Shown: in pieces, positions 1 to 12,094 of the stretch
Position numbering within the stretch: the stretch's first letter is position 1
How the letters are laid out: each line of letters begins with the position of its first letter
Assembly (NCBI RefSeq): GCF_004010195.1
Contig: NC_057719.1
Coordinates: 25,993,641 to 26,057,640 of the forward strand
DNA: 64,000 bases
Direction of reading: 5' to 3'
DNA from: Chiloscyllium plagiosum
Taxonomy: Eukaryota
Made by a program: the position numbers and the translations under genes
The notes under the pieces: generated by a model
Seen by the model: only the letters and a program-made list of their open reading frames with translations
Database searches by the model: none
What the model was told of the DNA's origin: nothing

Positions 1-1065
1 TCTTCCACCGGTGGTTCAGGAGCTAGAATCCCTGATATCTAGTGTAGAAGTATTTGTGTCTGATAGCCCAAGTTTTACAATGAGAGCAGTGCATACTCAT
101 TTTCTTCACATCGATCTGAAAATGCAGTGATCATAAAGTTATGCATATCTGGCCTTTGTAGTTGCTTTCCAACTCTCTGGCATCTACTTCAACAATATTT
201 CCTGCAGCAGTTATCAACTACGACTGAGAGCAAATAGAGCAGTCAAATGGGAATGCTGGAAAGAAAGGATGTCTTTGGTGGGGAGAGAACAGATGGGAAA
301 AGGGAACAGACAGTTAAAGGAATTCCTCAGCTCAATTCAACCTACATGATCATTCCATTTCCAGTACTTGGTGTAAACAGTTCCTTTTCATCCTCAATTT
401 CTCTTCTTCTTTGTAATGAACTGCTGCCAGCTGAGTAAATAATCCCTGCTTCATGGTTGTAGGCCATCTGTGAGTTCAAATCTCGTGTTCCACTGAAAAT
501 ATTTGTAAAAGTGCCAGAGAAGTTTACATACTCAATTCACAAGAAATTTAGTAATCTGTTTCACACCAAAAGTTCCTATTTCCCTCAATAACTCTTCATA
601 TTCTGAAGTCAACTCCCTTTATTCTTAATCACTGCGTGCCTATCTCAGAAGGTTATTTGAACATTGCTCTATCAATTTTGGACACTGGGAATGGTTTATC
701 CACTTATGTCTCATCCCAAGCCTCCAGGTCAATCTTATTTCTCCATTGCTTGCTTAATGCCGTATTTTTTATCCCTCTACTGTCAGTGGATTTCAACTGC
801 TTAGGTCTTATGACAGCAGAAATCTCCCTCCAAGTGTTTGAAACTTGCCACATTTCTTTCCTCCTTTGAGGTACTTCTTAGATTCTATTACTTTAACCAA
901 GCTTTGGGCCAACTGCCCTGGCCTGTGTTTGGTCAGGTTTGAAATTTCTTTGATAACACTCCTGCAAAACACCTTGGGATGTTTTATTACTTTATTGGCA
1001 TGATATTGATACAAGTAGTTCATGTAACTCATCAATTATACTGTGGGCAGAGCTCTGCATTTTTC

Positions 1066-1345
1066 TGAGGTAAAAACAATGACTGCAGATGCGGGAAACC
1101 AGATTCTGGAGTAGAGTGGTGCTGGAAAAGCACAGCAGTTCAGGCAGCATCCAAGGAGCAGGAAACTCGACGTTTCGGGCAAAAGCCCTTCATTGGAGTA
1201 AAGCTCTCTATTGGAGTAAGCAAATTATTCTGCCTAATTTATTTTGTCCAAGTGTTTTACTGTTTCAGCCTTTACAAAATCCTACACAACGGATCTCGGT
1301 TTAAAACGAACTGCTGTGCTTTTCCAGCACCACTCTACTCCAGAA
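1066..1345 (-). mobile_element. PLE-derived fold-back insertion with captured local DNA
   Basis: PLE terminal repeat 1066-1191 with a truncated hammerhead (reverse complement atgaagggcttttgcccgaaacgtcga) and an inverted partial copy at 1308-1345. Flanked by the 12-bp duplication tctgcatttttc (1054-1065, 1346-1357). Confidence 0.8.
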
Positions 1346-2589
1346 TCTGCATTTTTCCATCTTATTCTGTATGTTGCTATGTTGAGGGCCCTTACCTTCC
1401 ACTTCCAAAGCTATAATGTTTAATTTGACTCTTGGTCTCATATAACCTTTCAAAATATTGATCTATTTCCAATTTCCAATATTTTCTTCACCATACTGTT
1501 GTTAGGCCTTTAAAAATGAGTTTATCATCAAATTATTCTGCCTAATTTATTTTGTCCAAGTGTTTTACTGTTTCAGCCTTTACAAAATCCTACACAATGG
1601 ATCTCGGTTTAAAACTAATGCACGAAGTTATAATGTGATCATATACAGAATATGATGGAGGATATGGATTTCTGAATTAGTTGCATTTGGGTAAATTAAT
1701 TGGTTTGAAGATATTGCAGCATCTCCCCAGAGTGCTAATCTTGTTCTGTTTGGTAGTTTGAATAGTTTTTTCTTCAAGTTAGTTAACGTTACTTAACTCA
1801 GACATTTGGACAACAGAATGTGATGTGAAAGTCTAAATTACTGTTGCAATACAAAGAAGGACAAGAGCCAAGAATACTTATCCTACATTTGCATTCTGAA
1901 ATTGGACCGAAAACAAATGAAAGAATTGCATTTCTGAAGCCTTTAAAGGATTATATTATGAAACAATACACAATCTTTGCCTTTCAATAAGAAAATAATG
2001 AAGTCTGCAGCATGGTGTGTTATAGACTGTAAAACAGAGATATAGTCTGTGATTTAAATGACTACATGCTTACTCCAATAGAGAGCTTTACTCCAATCCT
2101 GTAATGTGTTAATACAATGTGCAACCAGTTTAAACATATTGCTTATTATATTGCTTTTCTAACTCCCATCTGAGCTATAAGCTTTTTAAACCAACATTAC
2201 TGGTTGCATAAAAACCTACACGTATCAAACAAATAAAAAGTAAATGCTTCACATATACTTTATAATACAAAAATAAATGTCAGATATTATTAGATTTTCA
2301 TCAAGGTTTTTAATAGTTGACTATTTTATGCATGTAATAAAAATTGACAGCATGACATTGTAATGAGTTGAATGACATTCCAATTGCCAAATGATGCCTA
2401 CATGCACAACTTAGATAGAAATAGTACAAAGTCAGCAATCAACCCATTTTATTAATCATATAAATATTTCAGCTTTTTAATCAGATTAGTAGGTGAAGGT
2501 CTTTATGATTATTACTTATATCACCTTTCATAACTGTTTCTTTTCTGGTTCAATTTGTTACATAACAAAAGAAAATGTTACACTAGCTG

Positions 2590-4793
2590 CATATGCCAAC
2601 TGCAAACAGTATGGGTGGAAATTAGGAACAGCAAGGGAGCAGTCACCTCTTTAGGGGTTTACTACAGGCCCCCCAATAGCAGCAGGGAGATGGAAGAAAG
2701 CTTAGGTCGACAAATTTTGGAAAAGTGTGGACGTAGTAAGGTTGTTGTAATGGGTGACTTTAACTTTCCCAATATTGATTGGAACCTCCTTCAAGCAGAA
2801 GATTGAATGGAACTGTTTTTGTAAGGTGTGTTCAGGAGGATTTCCTAACTCAGTATGTTGACAGGCCAATGAGGGGAGAGGCCATTCTAGACTCACATTC
2901 TACATAGCTATGGAGAAGGAGAGGATTAGGCAAAACGGGAGGATATTTAATTGGGGAAGAGGAAACTATGATGCGATTAGACATGAGGTACGAAGCATGG
3001 ATTGGGAGCAATTGTTCCATGGTAAAGGCACTACAGACATGTGGAGACTGTTTAAGGAACAGTTGTTGCAAGTGATGAACAAATATGTCCCTCTGAGACA
3101 GGCAAGAAGGGGTAAGATAAAGGAACCTTGGATGACAAGGAGCTTCTCGTCAAAAGGAAAAGGTAGCTTACGTAAGGTGGAGGAAGCTAGGGTCATGCTC
3201 AGCTCTACAGGATTACAGGCAGGCAAGGAAGGAGCTTTAAAATGGTCTGAGGAGAGCCAGGAGGGGGCACGAGAAAGGCTTGGCAGAACGGATTAGGGAG
3301 AACACAAAGGCATTTTACACTTATGCGAGGAATAAGAGAATGGTCAAAGAAAGAGTAGGGCCGATCAGGGATAGCATAGGGAATTTGTGTGTGGAGTCTG
3401 AGAAGGTAGGGGAAGCCCTAAATGAGTTTTTTGCTTCTGTCTTTACGAAAGAAACGAACTTTGTAGTGAATGAAACCTTTGAAGAGCAGGTGTGCATGCT
3501 GGAATGGAGAGAGATAGAGGAAGCTAATGTGCTGAAAATTTTGTCAAGCCCGGACCAGATTTGTCCTCAGCTGCTTTGGGAAACGAGAAATGCAATTGCT
3601 TCGCCACTTGCGAAGATCTTTGCATCCTCGCTCTCCACTGGAGTCGTACCTGAGGACTGAAGAGAGGCAAATGTAATTCCTCTCTTCAAGAAAGGAAATA
3701 GGGAAATCCCCAGCAATTACAGACCAGTAAGTCTCACGCCTTCCTTCTGCAAGGTGTTAGAAAGGATTCTGAGGGATAGGATTTATGACCATCTGGAAGA
3801 GCATGACTTGATTAAATGNNNNNNNNNNNNNNNNNNNNNNNNNNNNNNNNNNNNNNNNNNNNNNNNNNNNNNNNNNNNNNNNNNNNNNNNNNNNNNNNNN
3901 NNNNNNNNNNNNNNNNNNNNNNNNNNNNNNNNNNNNNNNNNNNNNNNNNNNNNNNNNNNNNNNNNNNNNNNNNNNNNNNNNNNNNNNNNNNNNNNNNNNN
4001 NNNNNNNNNNNNNNNNNNNNNNNNNNNNNNNNNNNNNNNNNNNNNNNNNNNNNNNNNNNNNNNNNNNNNNNNNNNNNNNNNNNNNNNNNNNNNNNNNNNN
4101 NNNNNNNNNNNNNNNNNNNNNNNNNNNNNNNNNNNNNNNNNNNNNNNNNNNNNNNNNNNNNNNNNNNNNNNNNNNNNNNNNNNNNNNNNNNNNNNNNNNN
4201 NNNNNNNNNNNNNNNNNNNNNNNNNNNNNNNNNNNNNNNNNNNNNNNNNNNNNNNNNNNNNNNNNNNNNNNNNNNNNNNNNNNNNNNNNNNNNNNNNNNN
4301 NNNNNNNNNNNNNNNNNNNNNNNNNNNNNNNNNNNNNNNNNNNNNNNNNNNNNNNNNNNNNNNNNNNNNNNNNNNNNNNNNNNNNNNNNNNNNNNNNNNN
4401 NNNNNNNNNNNNNNNNNNNNNNNNNNNNNNNNNNNNNNNNNNNNNNNNNNNNNNNNNNNNNNNNNNNNNNNNNNNNNNNNNNNNNNNNNNNNNNNNNNNN
4501 NNNNNNNNNNNNNNNNNNNNNNNNNNNNNNNNNNNNNNNNNNNNNNNNNNNNNNNNNNNNNNNNNNNNNNNNNNNNNNNNNNNNNNNNNNNNNNNNNNNN
4601 NNNNNNNNNNNNNNNNNNNNNNNNNNGTTGCCAGCAGCAGTTGTGGAAGCAAGGTCATTGGGGACATTTAAGAGACTACTGGACATGCATATGGTCACAG
4701 AAATTTCAGGGTGCATACATGAGGATCAGTGGTCGGCACAACATCGTGAGCTGAAGGGCTTGTTCTGTGCTGTACTGTTCTATGTTCTATGTT
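2590..4793 (+). mobile_element. CR1-clade (HER1-like) LINE, 5'-truncated, degenerate ORF2
   Basis: APE endonuclease motifs (LGVYYRPPNS, VVVMGDFNFPNIDW), linker (EALNEFFASVFTKE) and RT N-terminus (NYRPVSLT...LERILRDRIYDHLE) broken by stops, frameshifts and internal deletions. 3' tail tctatgttctatgttc. An assembly gap lies inside. Confidence 0.92.
3819..4626. other. Assembly gap (N run)
   Basis: Run of N inside a CR1 LINE. Confidence 1.
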
Positions 4794-5634
4794 CAAACAC
4801 ACTACATGTACTGCAAGCAAGTAGCCATGTATGAAAATTAAAGAGGAGCAGTCCTTATTGGATGAAGGGAACTACAGACTGTCAGGAAGTGCTGACACAA
4901 TCAGTCAAGGGGCTTGACTTACTCCAGTCTGGAGAAATGGCCATGGTTAATTAAGCACATTGTCCCACCAATTTATGGGGATCTATATCCAGAGATTGGG
5001 TCATGGTAATATCCTACATGAATTGGAAGCAGTCTGGAGATGTTAGGAAGGTTAGTCAAGGGCACTGGGAATTTGCCAGTTCTTCCCGCAATGAGACAAA
5101 TGGATGGTTGAGAATGATGGAAGTGGATGGAAGAATAGTTTATGGTGACACATGAGCGGAATGAGGTAGCTCTGGTAAGTGTGTAGAAGGTGCAAAGGGA
5201 AAATAGAGTTAGTAGCTTGGAAGAAGAAAATGGGTGACAGCCATTGTGATTTGGGGTAGTAGAGAGAAGATGATAATGTGTGCCCTTGTTGAATGTAGAA
5301 GATCATGGATCATTTTCCTGCTCTGCTGGACATGCTGCTTCACATGGGTCACAGCACTAACCTGGGCATCAATTTATGTTCAGGCTGGTGTGGGCTATTG
5401 GTGTGGCCTCCTGTGAGGATCATATGGATAATGGACTGTCACCTTCTCTACCTGCCAACAACCAGTACCTCCAGAGCCCTGTCTGTGAACTGGGCAGCTA
5501 ACTTTCCTTTCCATGCATTGAACACTGAGACTCAAGTGGCACAATATGAGGCAGAGTTACCAGCTTTCAGCAGGTGAAGGGAGAAATAACTGTACTCTAA
5601 ATGTGGAGCCACAGGCTGAAAGCTGGAAGGTCAC

Positions 5635-5983
5635 ACATTCACCATAGATAACACCTTCCAAACTCACAACCACTTCTATCTAGAAGGACAAGGGCAGCAG
5701 ATACACAGGAACACCACCATATGCAAGTTCCCCACTAAGCCACTCGCCATCTTGACTTGGAAATATATTGCTGTTACTTTACGGTCACTGTTCAAAATCC
5801 TGAAAATTTCCTGCCTCAGGGCATTGTGGGTCTGCCTGCGGCACATTGACTGCAGTGATTTAAAAAGTCAGCACCTTGACTAACCTACCTGACATCACCA
5901 CCACCTTCTCATGGACAACTAGGGACAGGCAATAAATACTGGCCAGCTAACAATACCCTAAGTCTCAGAAATGAATAAAAAAA
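5635..5983 (+). mobile_element. 3' end of a second LINE family (CR1-like)
   Basis: Same 3' sequence as 61870-62595 and 60405-60580 (caccttccaaa...tctagaaggacaagggcagcagata...caataaat...atgaataaaaaaa). Confidence 0.75.
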
Positions 5984-6702
5984 GCGGTGGGCACATTCTC
6001 TACTCAGCCATGAGATTCCCCAAGAAAGGGATCAAAGAGCTTGGTTGTATCGTGAGATAAAGAGCAGAAGATTATGTGAGAAAATCCAGTTTGAACCATG
6101 GCAGACCAAGCATGATGGACTCACTTCAGAAAGCACTTTTACTAAAAATGGAAAAGATTCTGTCCATAATTGCTATAAAATTGGCTGTGATCCAGGTGTC
6201 CTCAAGTCAAAATCTACTTTTATTTGCCTGTCCTTCGGGTTCACTCAAATACAAATGACCTATCAGCAATTAGTCAGTGTTATTTTAATGCCTTTTTCTA
6301 ACATAATCAACAATAGCAGCTTTGTTACAAATACAAGATTTTACAGGATTTTTGCATTTCTGGGCTGTCTTTAATTGAGAGTAAGTGGAGAAATGAAGGA
6401 GTTTCTGAATATTGCTGACAGCAAGCCTGTATGGCTTGTGTGTTATTAGATTAAATGGTAACCCTATGTCTCTGTCTGGGAGGAAGATGAAAGATGTTTG
6501 GGTTATAAACAGTGACCAAAGGATTTATGCTGATGATGCGTTGACATCTCCAATGTCCCAGGAAGGTGTTAGGAATGTCAGATTTTGTAAACAGTTATAT
6601 TTCATACTGTCTACTTAATTTCAGGATCGAAAGAACCTGGTAGCTTAATAGATTGCTGAATTAGCATCTCTACCTTGATACAAAGAGAGAGGTGCTGGAG
6701 GA

Positions 6703-6815
6703 GGCAATGGTTTAATGGTATTCTCATTGAAGAAGTAATCCAGAGGCACAGGTAATGTTCTGGGACTCATATTTGAGTCCAGCCAAGGCAGACTGTGGAA
6801 CTTAAATTCAATAAA
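6703..6815 (+). mobile_element. 5' fragment of tRNA-derived SINE (family of 43703-44048)
   Basis: ggcaatggtttaatggtatt...taatccagaggcacaggtaatgttctggg...attcaataaaa aligns to the head of the 43703 copy. Confidence 0.65.
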
Positions 6816-6884
6816 AGTTATAGTAGTATTTGGAGCATTTGAAGCTGTTCAGCTAAAGATTCCAGTGGAACTTGAATGGGAAAT

Positions 6885-7020
6885 TGAAATGACTTCATAT
6901 AGACCGATGTCCCGTCACCAAGTCATTCTTTATTTATAGGTGGAAACTCCTTGACACTGATCCAGCTCCCTCAGAGCCAGCTCTCAGGGTGAACAGTACC
7001 TCTGACACTCCTGCTTATAT
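6885..7020 (-). mobile_element. Partial LTR-like repeat (copy of the 7341 element end)
   Basis: Shares cccgtcaccaag...ccttgacactgatccagctccctcagagccagctctcag with 7341-7470 and about 7543-7595. Has a minus-strand AATAAA. Confidence 0.55.
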
Positions 7021-7819
7021 TTTTTTCTGCAGTAGTGCTGATATTCTTCAGCATCCACGTTTGTGTGTGTGCAGGTGCAAGATACAGTGAAAAACACCAA
7101 GTGAAAATAACTTTATTAACATTCCACCACCCATGTGGCCAACGAACCAGTGACAAGCAACGCCCAGAGCGAGCAATGCTAATGTGAAAGAGGTAAAGGG
7201 GAGGGTAGGGACTAAATCAAAACAGAGTTGGAAATAAAGCACTCCATTCCCCACAGTGTCTACCTCTCCCTAAAAAGGCTACTCCTGTTTTGTTTTTGTC
7301 AAAATTGAAGGGAGAGCCATGACAAACTACAGGGGGACATTGAAATAACTCTACAGAGGCCAGCATCCCATCACCAAGCCACCCTTTAGTTACAAGTGAA
7401 GAATCCTTGACACTGATCCAGATCCCTCAGAAACAGCTCGCAGAGTGAACAGGATGTCTGGCACTCCTTTTCTTTTAGTGTGTGTGCAGGTGTGTATACT
7501 CCTGTTTTTTTTTAGAAGAGTCCTTGTACACACACACACGCACACTGGTCCAGCTCCCTCAAGAGCCAGCTCTCAGAGTGAACAGAACCTCTGACCGTCC
7601 TTTTTTTTTCCCCCTTTTTACCCCCACACTACCACCTAACTGCGGCAGTGCTTATTTTTTCCCCAGCACCCATGGTGTGTGTGTGTAGGTGTAAGACACT
7701 GTGAAAGACACAAGGTGCACAAATTTTTATTCAATTTTCCATCACCAGGAAGAAAGAAATACCCGAGTGGCCTGTGACAAGCAGTACCCTTTACATCAAA
7801 GGGCAAACTGTCAGTCAGG

Positions 7820-8034
7820 AGAAAGTGAGGACTGCAGATGCTGGAGATCAGAGCTGAAAATGTGTTGCTGGAAAAGCGCAGCAAGTCAGGCAGCATCCAA
7901 GGTTCCTGAAGAAGGGCTCATGCCCAAAATGTCGATTCTCCTGCATTCCTGAAGAAGGGCTCATGCCCGAAACGTCGATTCTCCTGCTCCTTGGATGCTG
8001 CCTGACCTGCTGCGCTTTTCCAGCAACATATTTT
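7820..8034. mobile_element. PLE-derived fold-back insertion with tandem hammerhead motifs
   Basis: Inverted arms (about 7855-7902 vs about 7989-8035). 16-bp duplication caaactgtcagtcagg (7804-7819, 8035-8050). Confidence 0.85.
7945..7980 (+). ncRNA. Minimal hammerhead ribozyme motif (second of a tandem pair)
   Basis: attc-CTGAAGA-a-GGGC-tcat-GCCC-GAAA-CGTC-gatt. A decayed copy lies 43 nt upstream (core starts at 7906). Confidence 0.65.
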
Positions 8035-9082
8035 CAAACTGTCAGTCAGGCCTCCCTGATTCGACCAGATTAACAGCTCCAATCAAGGAGCTCATACTCT
8101 ATGAGGTCCAACCAGCTGACTTCATTACAATCACTACAGAAACCACTGTAAAATTGGACCTTTTTTACTTTAAACGTCCTTGAGCTGTCAATTACTACTT
8201 GAATTACATTGATTTCAATTGATTTGTGAGAATAATGAGTTAATGATTTTCAGAAGTAAAATATTACCTTTGTGCAAATTCTTTTCTTTTAAAAGTGATT
8301 GATTTTCATGTGGATCATAACACATGCACGGTAGTTCTCATGGATTTAATTGATCACCGACTTATTGCAGTCAGGAGATAGTTCAACAGTGCACCCTCTG
8401 GAGAAATACAGAATCTTGGACAGCACTATCTGGATTTCCATGGTATTCTGAACAGCTGGGGACTCTCAAAGTGGCTGACATGTTCAGTGGAACAATGACT
8501 GCAGAAAGTGGTAGTTTCATTACTATTATGCTAGCAATTGACTATTGAATCATCAAATTGGTCTTGAATCTACTATCTTCCAACTCAGAGGCGAGTACCA
8601 CAAAGCCATTCCAGCAATCAGATAAAAATAAACAATTTGAAGGTTTACATTGTTCCAATTCACTTACAGGAATGAGGTAGTGTCTGAAGGTTTGTCCATG
8701 TTCAAGAATATAACCATCACCATCAACTTCACTTCCTTCCCAATGTTTCTATCCTGTTTTCTTAACTAATATTGCCGAACCAAATCATTGACCATAAAGC
8801 TGACTTAGCAGCTGAGGTGTGGGTGCGAGCTGCCAATTCTCTATAAAAGTAGACAGGTTTGCGATTATAGTTTGAGATGATAAGGAGGCCTGAGTGAGAT
8901 GAGGAATGAGCTATTAACTTGGGAATATGTTGTGCAGAGGAGAAAGGAAGTGCTCATTTTATAGCTTTGGTTTCAGTAGCTCGTAAGCATTCAAAGATAT
9001 TAATTAGGTGAGCAGATAGATGAGGTTTAGCAAGTTTTAAAATTTTATCCCTCAAAATCAGAAGGACTATTACTATCAGAAT

Positions 9083-10820
9083 GTTGTGATTGCACTGGAG
9101 AGGGTGCAGAGGAGATTCACCAGGATATTGCTTAGGATGGAAAGTCCCAGTTATAAGGAGAGACTGAATAGGTTGGATTTGTTTCCCTTTGAGCAGAGAA
9201 GAATGAGGGGGAATCTGATTGAGATAAACAAATTTATGAGAGGCATAGGCAGGGTAGACAGTGAGAATCTTGCCTCCATGGCAGATATATCTAAGACCAG
9301 AGGGCATAAGGTTAAGATGAGGATTTACGGGAAATCTGAGGAGTCTAGCATGTTTCGAGAAGTTTTGTAGCTCAGATTGAAGTTCAGATGTAAGTTTGCT
9401 CGCTGAGCTGGAAGGTTCGTTTTCAAACGTCACCTGGGTAACGTAATCAGTGAGTCTCTGGTGAAGCACTGGTGTTATGAACACTTTCTATTTATGTGTT
9501 TAGGTTTCCTTGGGTTGATGATGTCATTTCCAATGGTGATGTCATTTCCTGTCCTTTTTCTCAAAGGGTGGTAAATAGGGTCCAAGTCAATGTGTTTGTT
9601 GATAGAGTTCCAGTTGAAATGCCATGCTTCTAGGAATTCTCATGTGTGTCTCATTTGGCTTGTCCTAGGATGGATGGGTTGTCCCAGTCAAAGTGGTGTC
9701 TTTCCTCATCTCTATGTAAGGATATTAGGTGATAGTGGGTCATGTCTTTTTATGGTTAGTTGATGTTCATGTATCCTGGTGGCTAGTTTTCTGCCTGTTT
9801 GTCCAATGTAGTGTTTGCTATAGTTCTTGCAAGGTATTTTGTAAATGACATTCATTTTGCTTGTTGTCTGTTTAGTGTCTTTTGAGTTTATTAGCTGTTG
9901 TTTTAGTGTGTTGGTGGGTTTGTGGGCTACCATGATGCCAAAAGGTCTGAGAAGTCTGGCAGTCATTTCTGAGATGCCTTTGATGTAGGGGAGAGTGGCT
10001 AGGGTTGCTTAATGCATTTTGTCTGCTTGTTTGGGTTTGTTGCTGAGGAATCAGTGGACTGTGGTCATTGGGTACCTGTTCTTTTCGACTACACTGCATA
10101 GGTGATTCTCCTCTGCTCTGCATTGTTCCTCTGTGCTGCAGTGTGTGGTGGCTCGTTGATAATAATGTTCTAATGCAGCTTCGTTTGTGGATGTTGGGAT
10201 GATTGCTTCTGTAGTTCAGTATGTGGTCCGTTTGTGTTGTTTTCCTGTAGACACTGGTTTGAAGTTCCCCATTGGCTGCTTGCTCTACTGTGACATCTAG
10301 GAATGGCAGTTTGTTGTTGTTTTCCTCCTCTTCAGTGAATTTTATGTGGGTAAGGATATTATTGATGGTCTTGAAGATTTTCTCTAAATTGTTACATTGA
10401 AACAGGAAATGACATCACCACAGGAAATGACATCACCAATCCAAGGAAACCTAAACAAATAAATAGAAAGCGAGTCATAACACCAGTGCTTCACTGGAGG
10501 CTCAATGATGATATTACCTAGTATGGTGGTGAAATGTCTGAAAACGAACCTTCCAGCTCAGCAAGCAAACTTACATCCAGAATGTGAGGAAATTCTTTCT
10601 GCCCAGAGGGTGGTAGAAACATGGAACATGCTGTCTGTGAGGGTGGTAGAGACAGAAACCCTCGTAACATTTAAGAAGAATCTTCATAAGCACTTAAAAT
10701 GCAAAGACATGAAAGTGTATGGACCAACTACAGGCAAATGGTGATTCATGTAGTTTGGAGTTTGTTGGTCAACACAGACATGGTGGCCTGAAGGGCCTTT
10801 TTTATGCTATATGACTCTAA
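9083..10820 (+). mobile_element. CR1 LINE 3' fragment split by a Penelope insertion
   Basis: LERVQRRFTR...YKERLNRLDLF...RRMRGNLIE at 9086-9330. The CR1 continues at 10581 (SAQRVVETWNML...TFKKNLHKHL) and ends in the tail tatgactcta. Confidence 0.85.
9350..10580 (-). mobile_element. Penelope-like retroelement fragment (GIY-YIG endonuclease) with inverted terminal repeat
   Basis: ORF 9712-9966 has NVIYKIPC...HYIGQTGRKLATRIHEH (GIY-YIG of PLEs). About 9385-9553 is an inverted repeat of about 10402-10580. A degenerate hammerhead lies at about 10501-10541. Approximate target duplication aatctgagga/aatgtgagga (9333, 10581). Confidence 0.88.
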
Positions 10821-11129
10821 ACTTCAACAATAGTTTAAACTGGCATTGGAGAGAGAGAGAAAACCATCATCTTGAAATGATAACAACAAGTAACACTACT
10901 TCAAATAACCACAGATAAATTGTGTCATTTCTACATATGAAATCTAATTAGTTATGTGTACCTAATATAGATGGCAGGGCAGGTGCAGTTTTTATGTATG
11001 AGCTGGTGGATATCAGTGTGATCTGTCGCAGTAACTGGCTGAAATCTGAGAATCTGCAAGCTTCAGACACTATGTTACGTCAGGAAGAGAGAATTGAAAC
11101 TTGTCCATGAGGCAGCCACATCTCTGAGG

Positions 11130-11820
11130 TTAAGTACTTTTGATTGGGTCTATGGTGAGGAACAGGAGGGTGTAATTGCAAGTAAGGCAGGTATGCAACC
11201 AGAAAGTAGCAGTTGTCTAATCAGTTCAAGGTTCTTGCATTTGTGTGGATAAGAGCAGGATTTATAGAATACATGATCAAATTGACCATGACACCATGTG
11301 CAGAGAGTTATTCCAGTTGACTTATCAAAAAAGAATACAATTGTAGCAGAAACAGCATGGTTATGGGGAAAGACATTTCTCTGTATTAGTCACAAAAATT
11401 GTGTTGTCTATCTGGTGCCAGGGTTAAGGGTATCTCCTTTGGGTTCAGGAGACACACTTGGACAAGACGGGAAGGGTCCAGTTGTTGTGATTCATAGGGA
11501 TAACAATGACATCGATAGGACTAAGAAAGAGCTTCATTGGAGCGAGAATAAGTGGTTAACGACTAAATTAAGAAGTGGGAGAACAAAGGTAATAATCTGT
11601 GGATTACAAACTAAACCACACTAAAAATTGGTATAGAGTAATTAAGATTATAGTTCAATCGTTGGCTGAAAGGTTGGTGTGGGAGAAATGGATTTTTATT
11701 CACTGAATACTGGGAAGGAGGGATCTGTACTGTTGTTGTGAGACCATTACATGAAACGAATTAGGAATCAGTGTCCTGGTGAGTCTTAGATTCTGGCTGT
11801 AGAGAAGGTTTTAAATTGCA
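11130..11820 (+). mobile_element. Old CR1 ORF1 (SGNH-esterase-like) relic
   Basis: Translation GPVVVIHRDNNDIDRTKKE...KLRSGRTKVIICGL resembles the CR1 ORF1 motif VVVHVGTNDIGR...KLKSRTxKVIISGL. Confidence 0.6.
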
Positions 11821-12094
11821 GGAGAGGGTGCACGAGAAGAGATATCTGAAATGTTAAAGAAAAAGATTATGGCAACAGTGTAAGGTAGAAATATGGGTCA
11901 CATTAACCTGAGAGAGATGGGAAGAGACAGAACATGTCAAACATAAGGGGTTACCAACAAATGTGGTCAGAGTTCATGTTACAAAACAGGAAGTCTCTGA
12001 CAAATTTATGTTTGAAGATGTAACTAATGAGATATGGGGAAACCAATATATCAGTACTAAGCTCTCCAGTCCTCTCACTTCCATTTCGAATGGT

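Larger units (their letters stand above)
7341..8138 (-). mobile_element. LTR-like element with internal duplications and a nested PLE insertion
   Basis: Minus strand begins TGTAGTGATTG (8138) and ends ...TTTCA (7341). No clean target duplication is seen. Confidence 0.5.

Noticed and set aside
3754..4754. About 300-aa ORFs in the ORF track
   Set aside because: They are artefacts of translating through the N gap.
7636..8183. Recurrent peptides such as MLPDLLRFSSNTF and CCWKSAAGQAAS in many short ORFs
   Set aside because: These are chance translations of the non-coding PLE terminal repeat on both strands, not a gene family.
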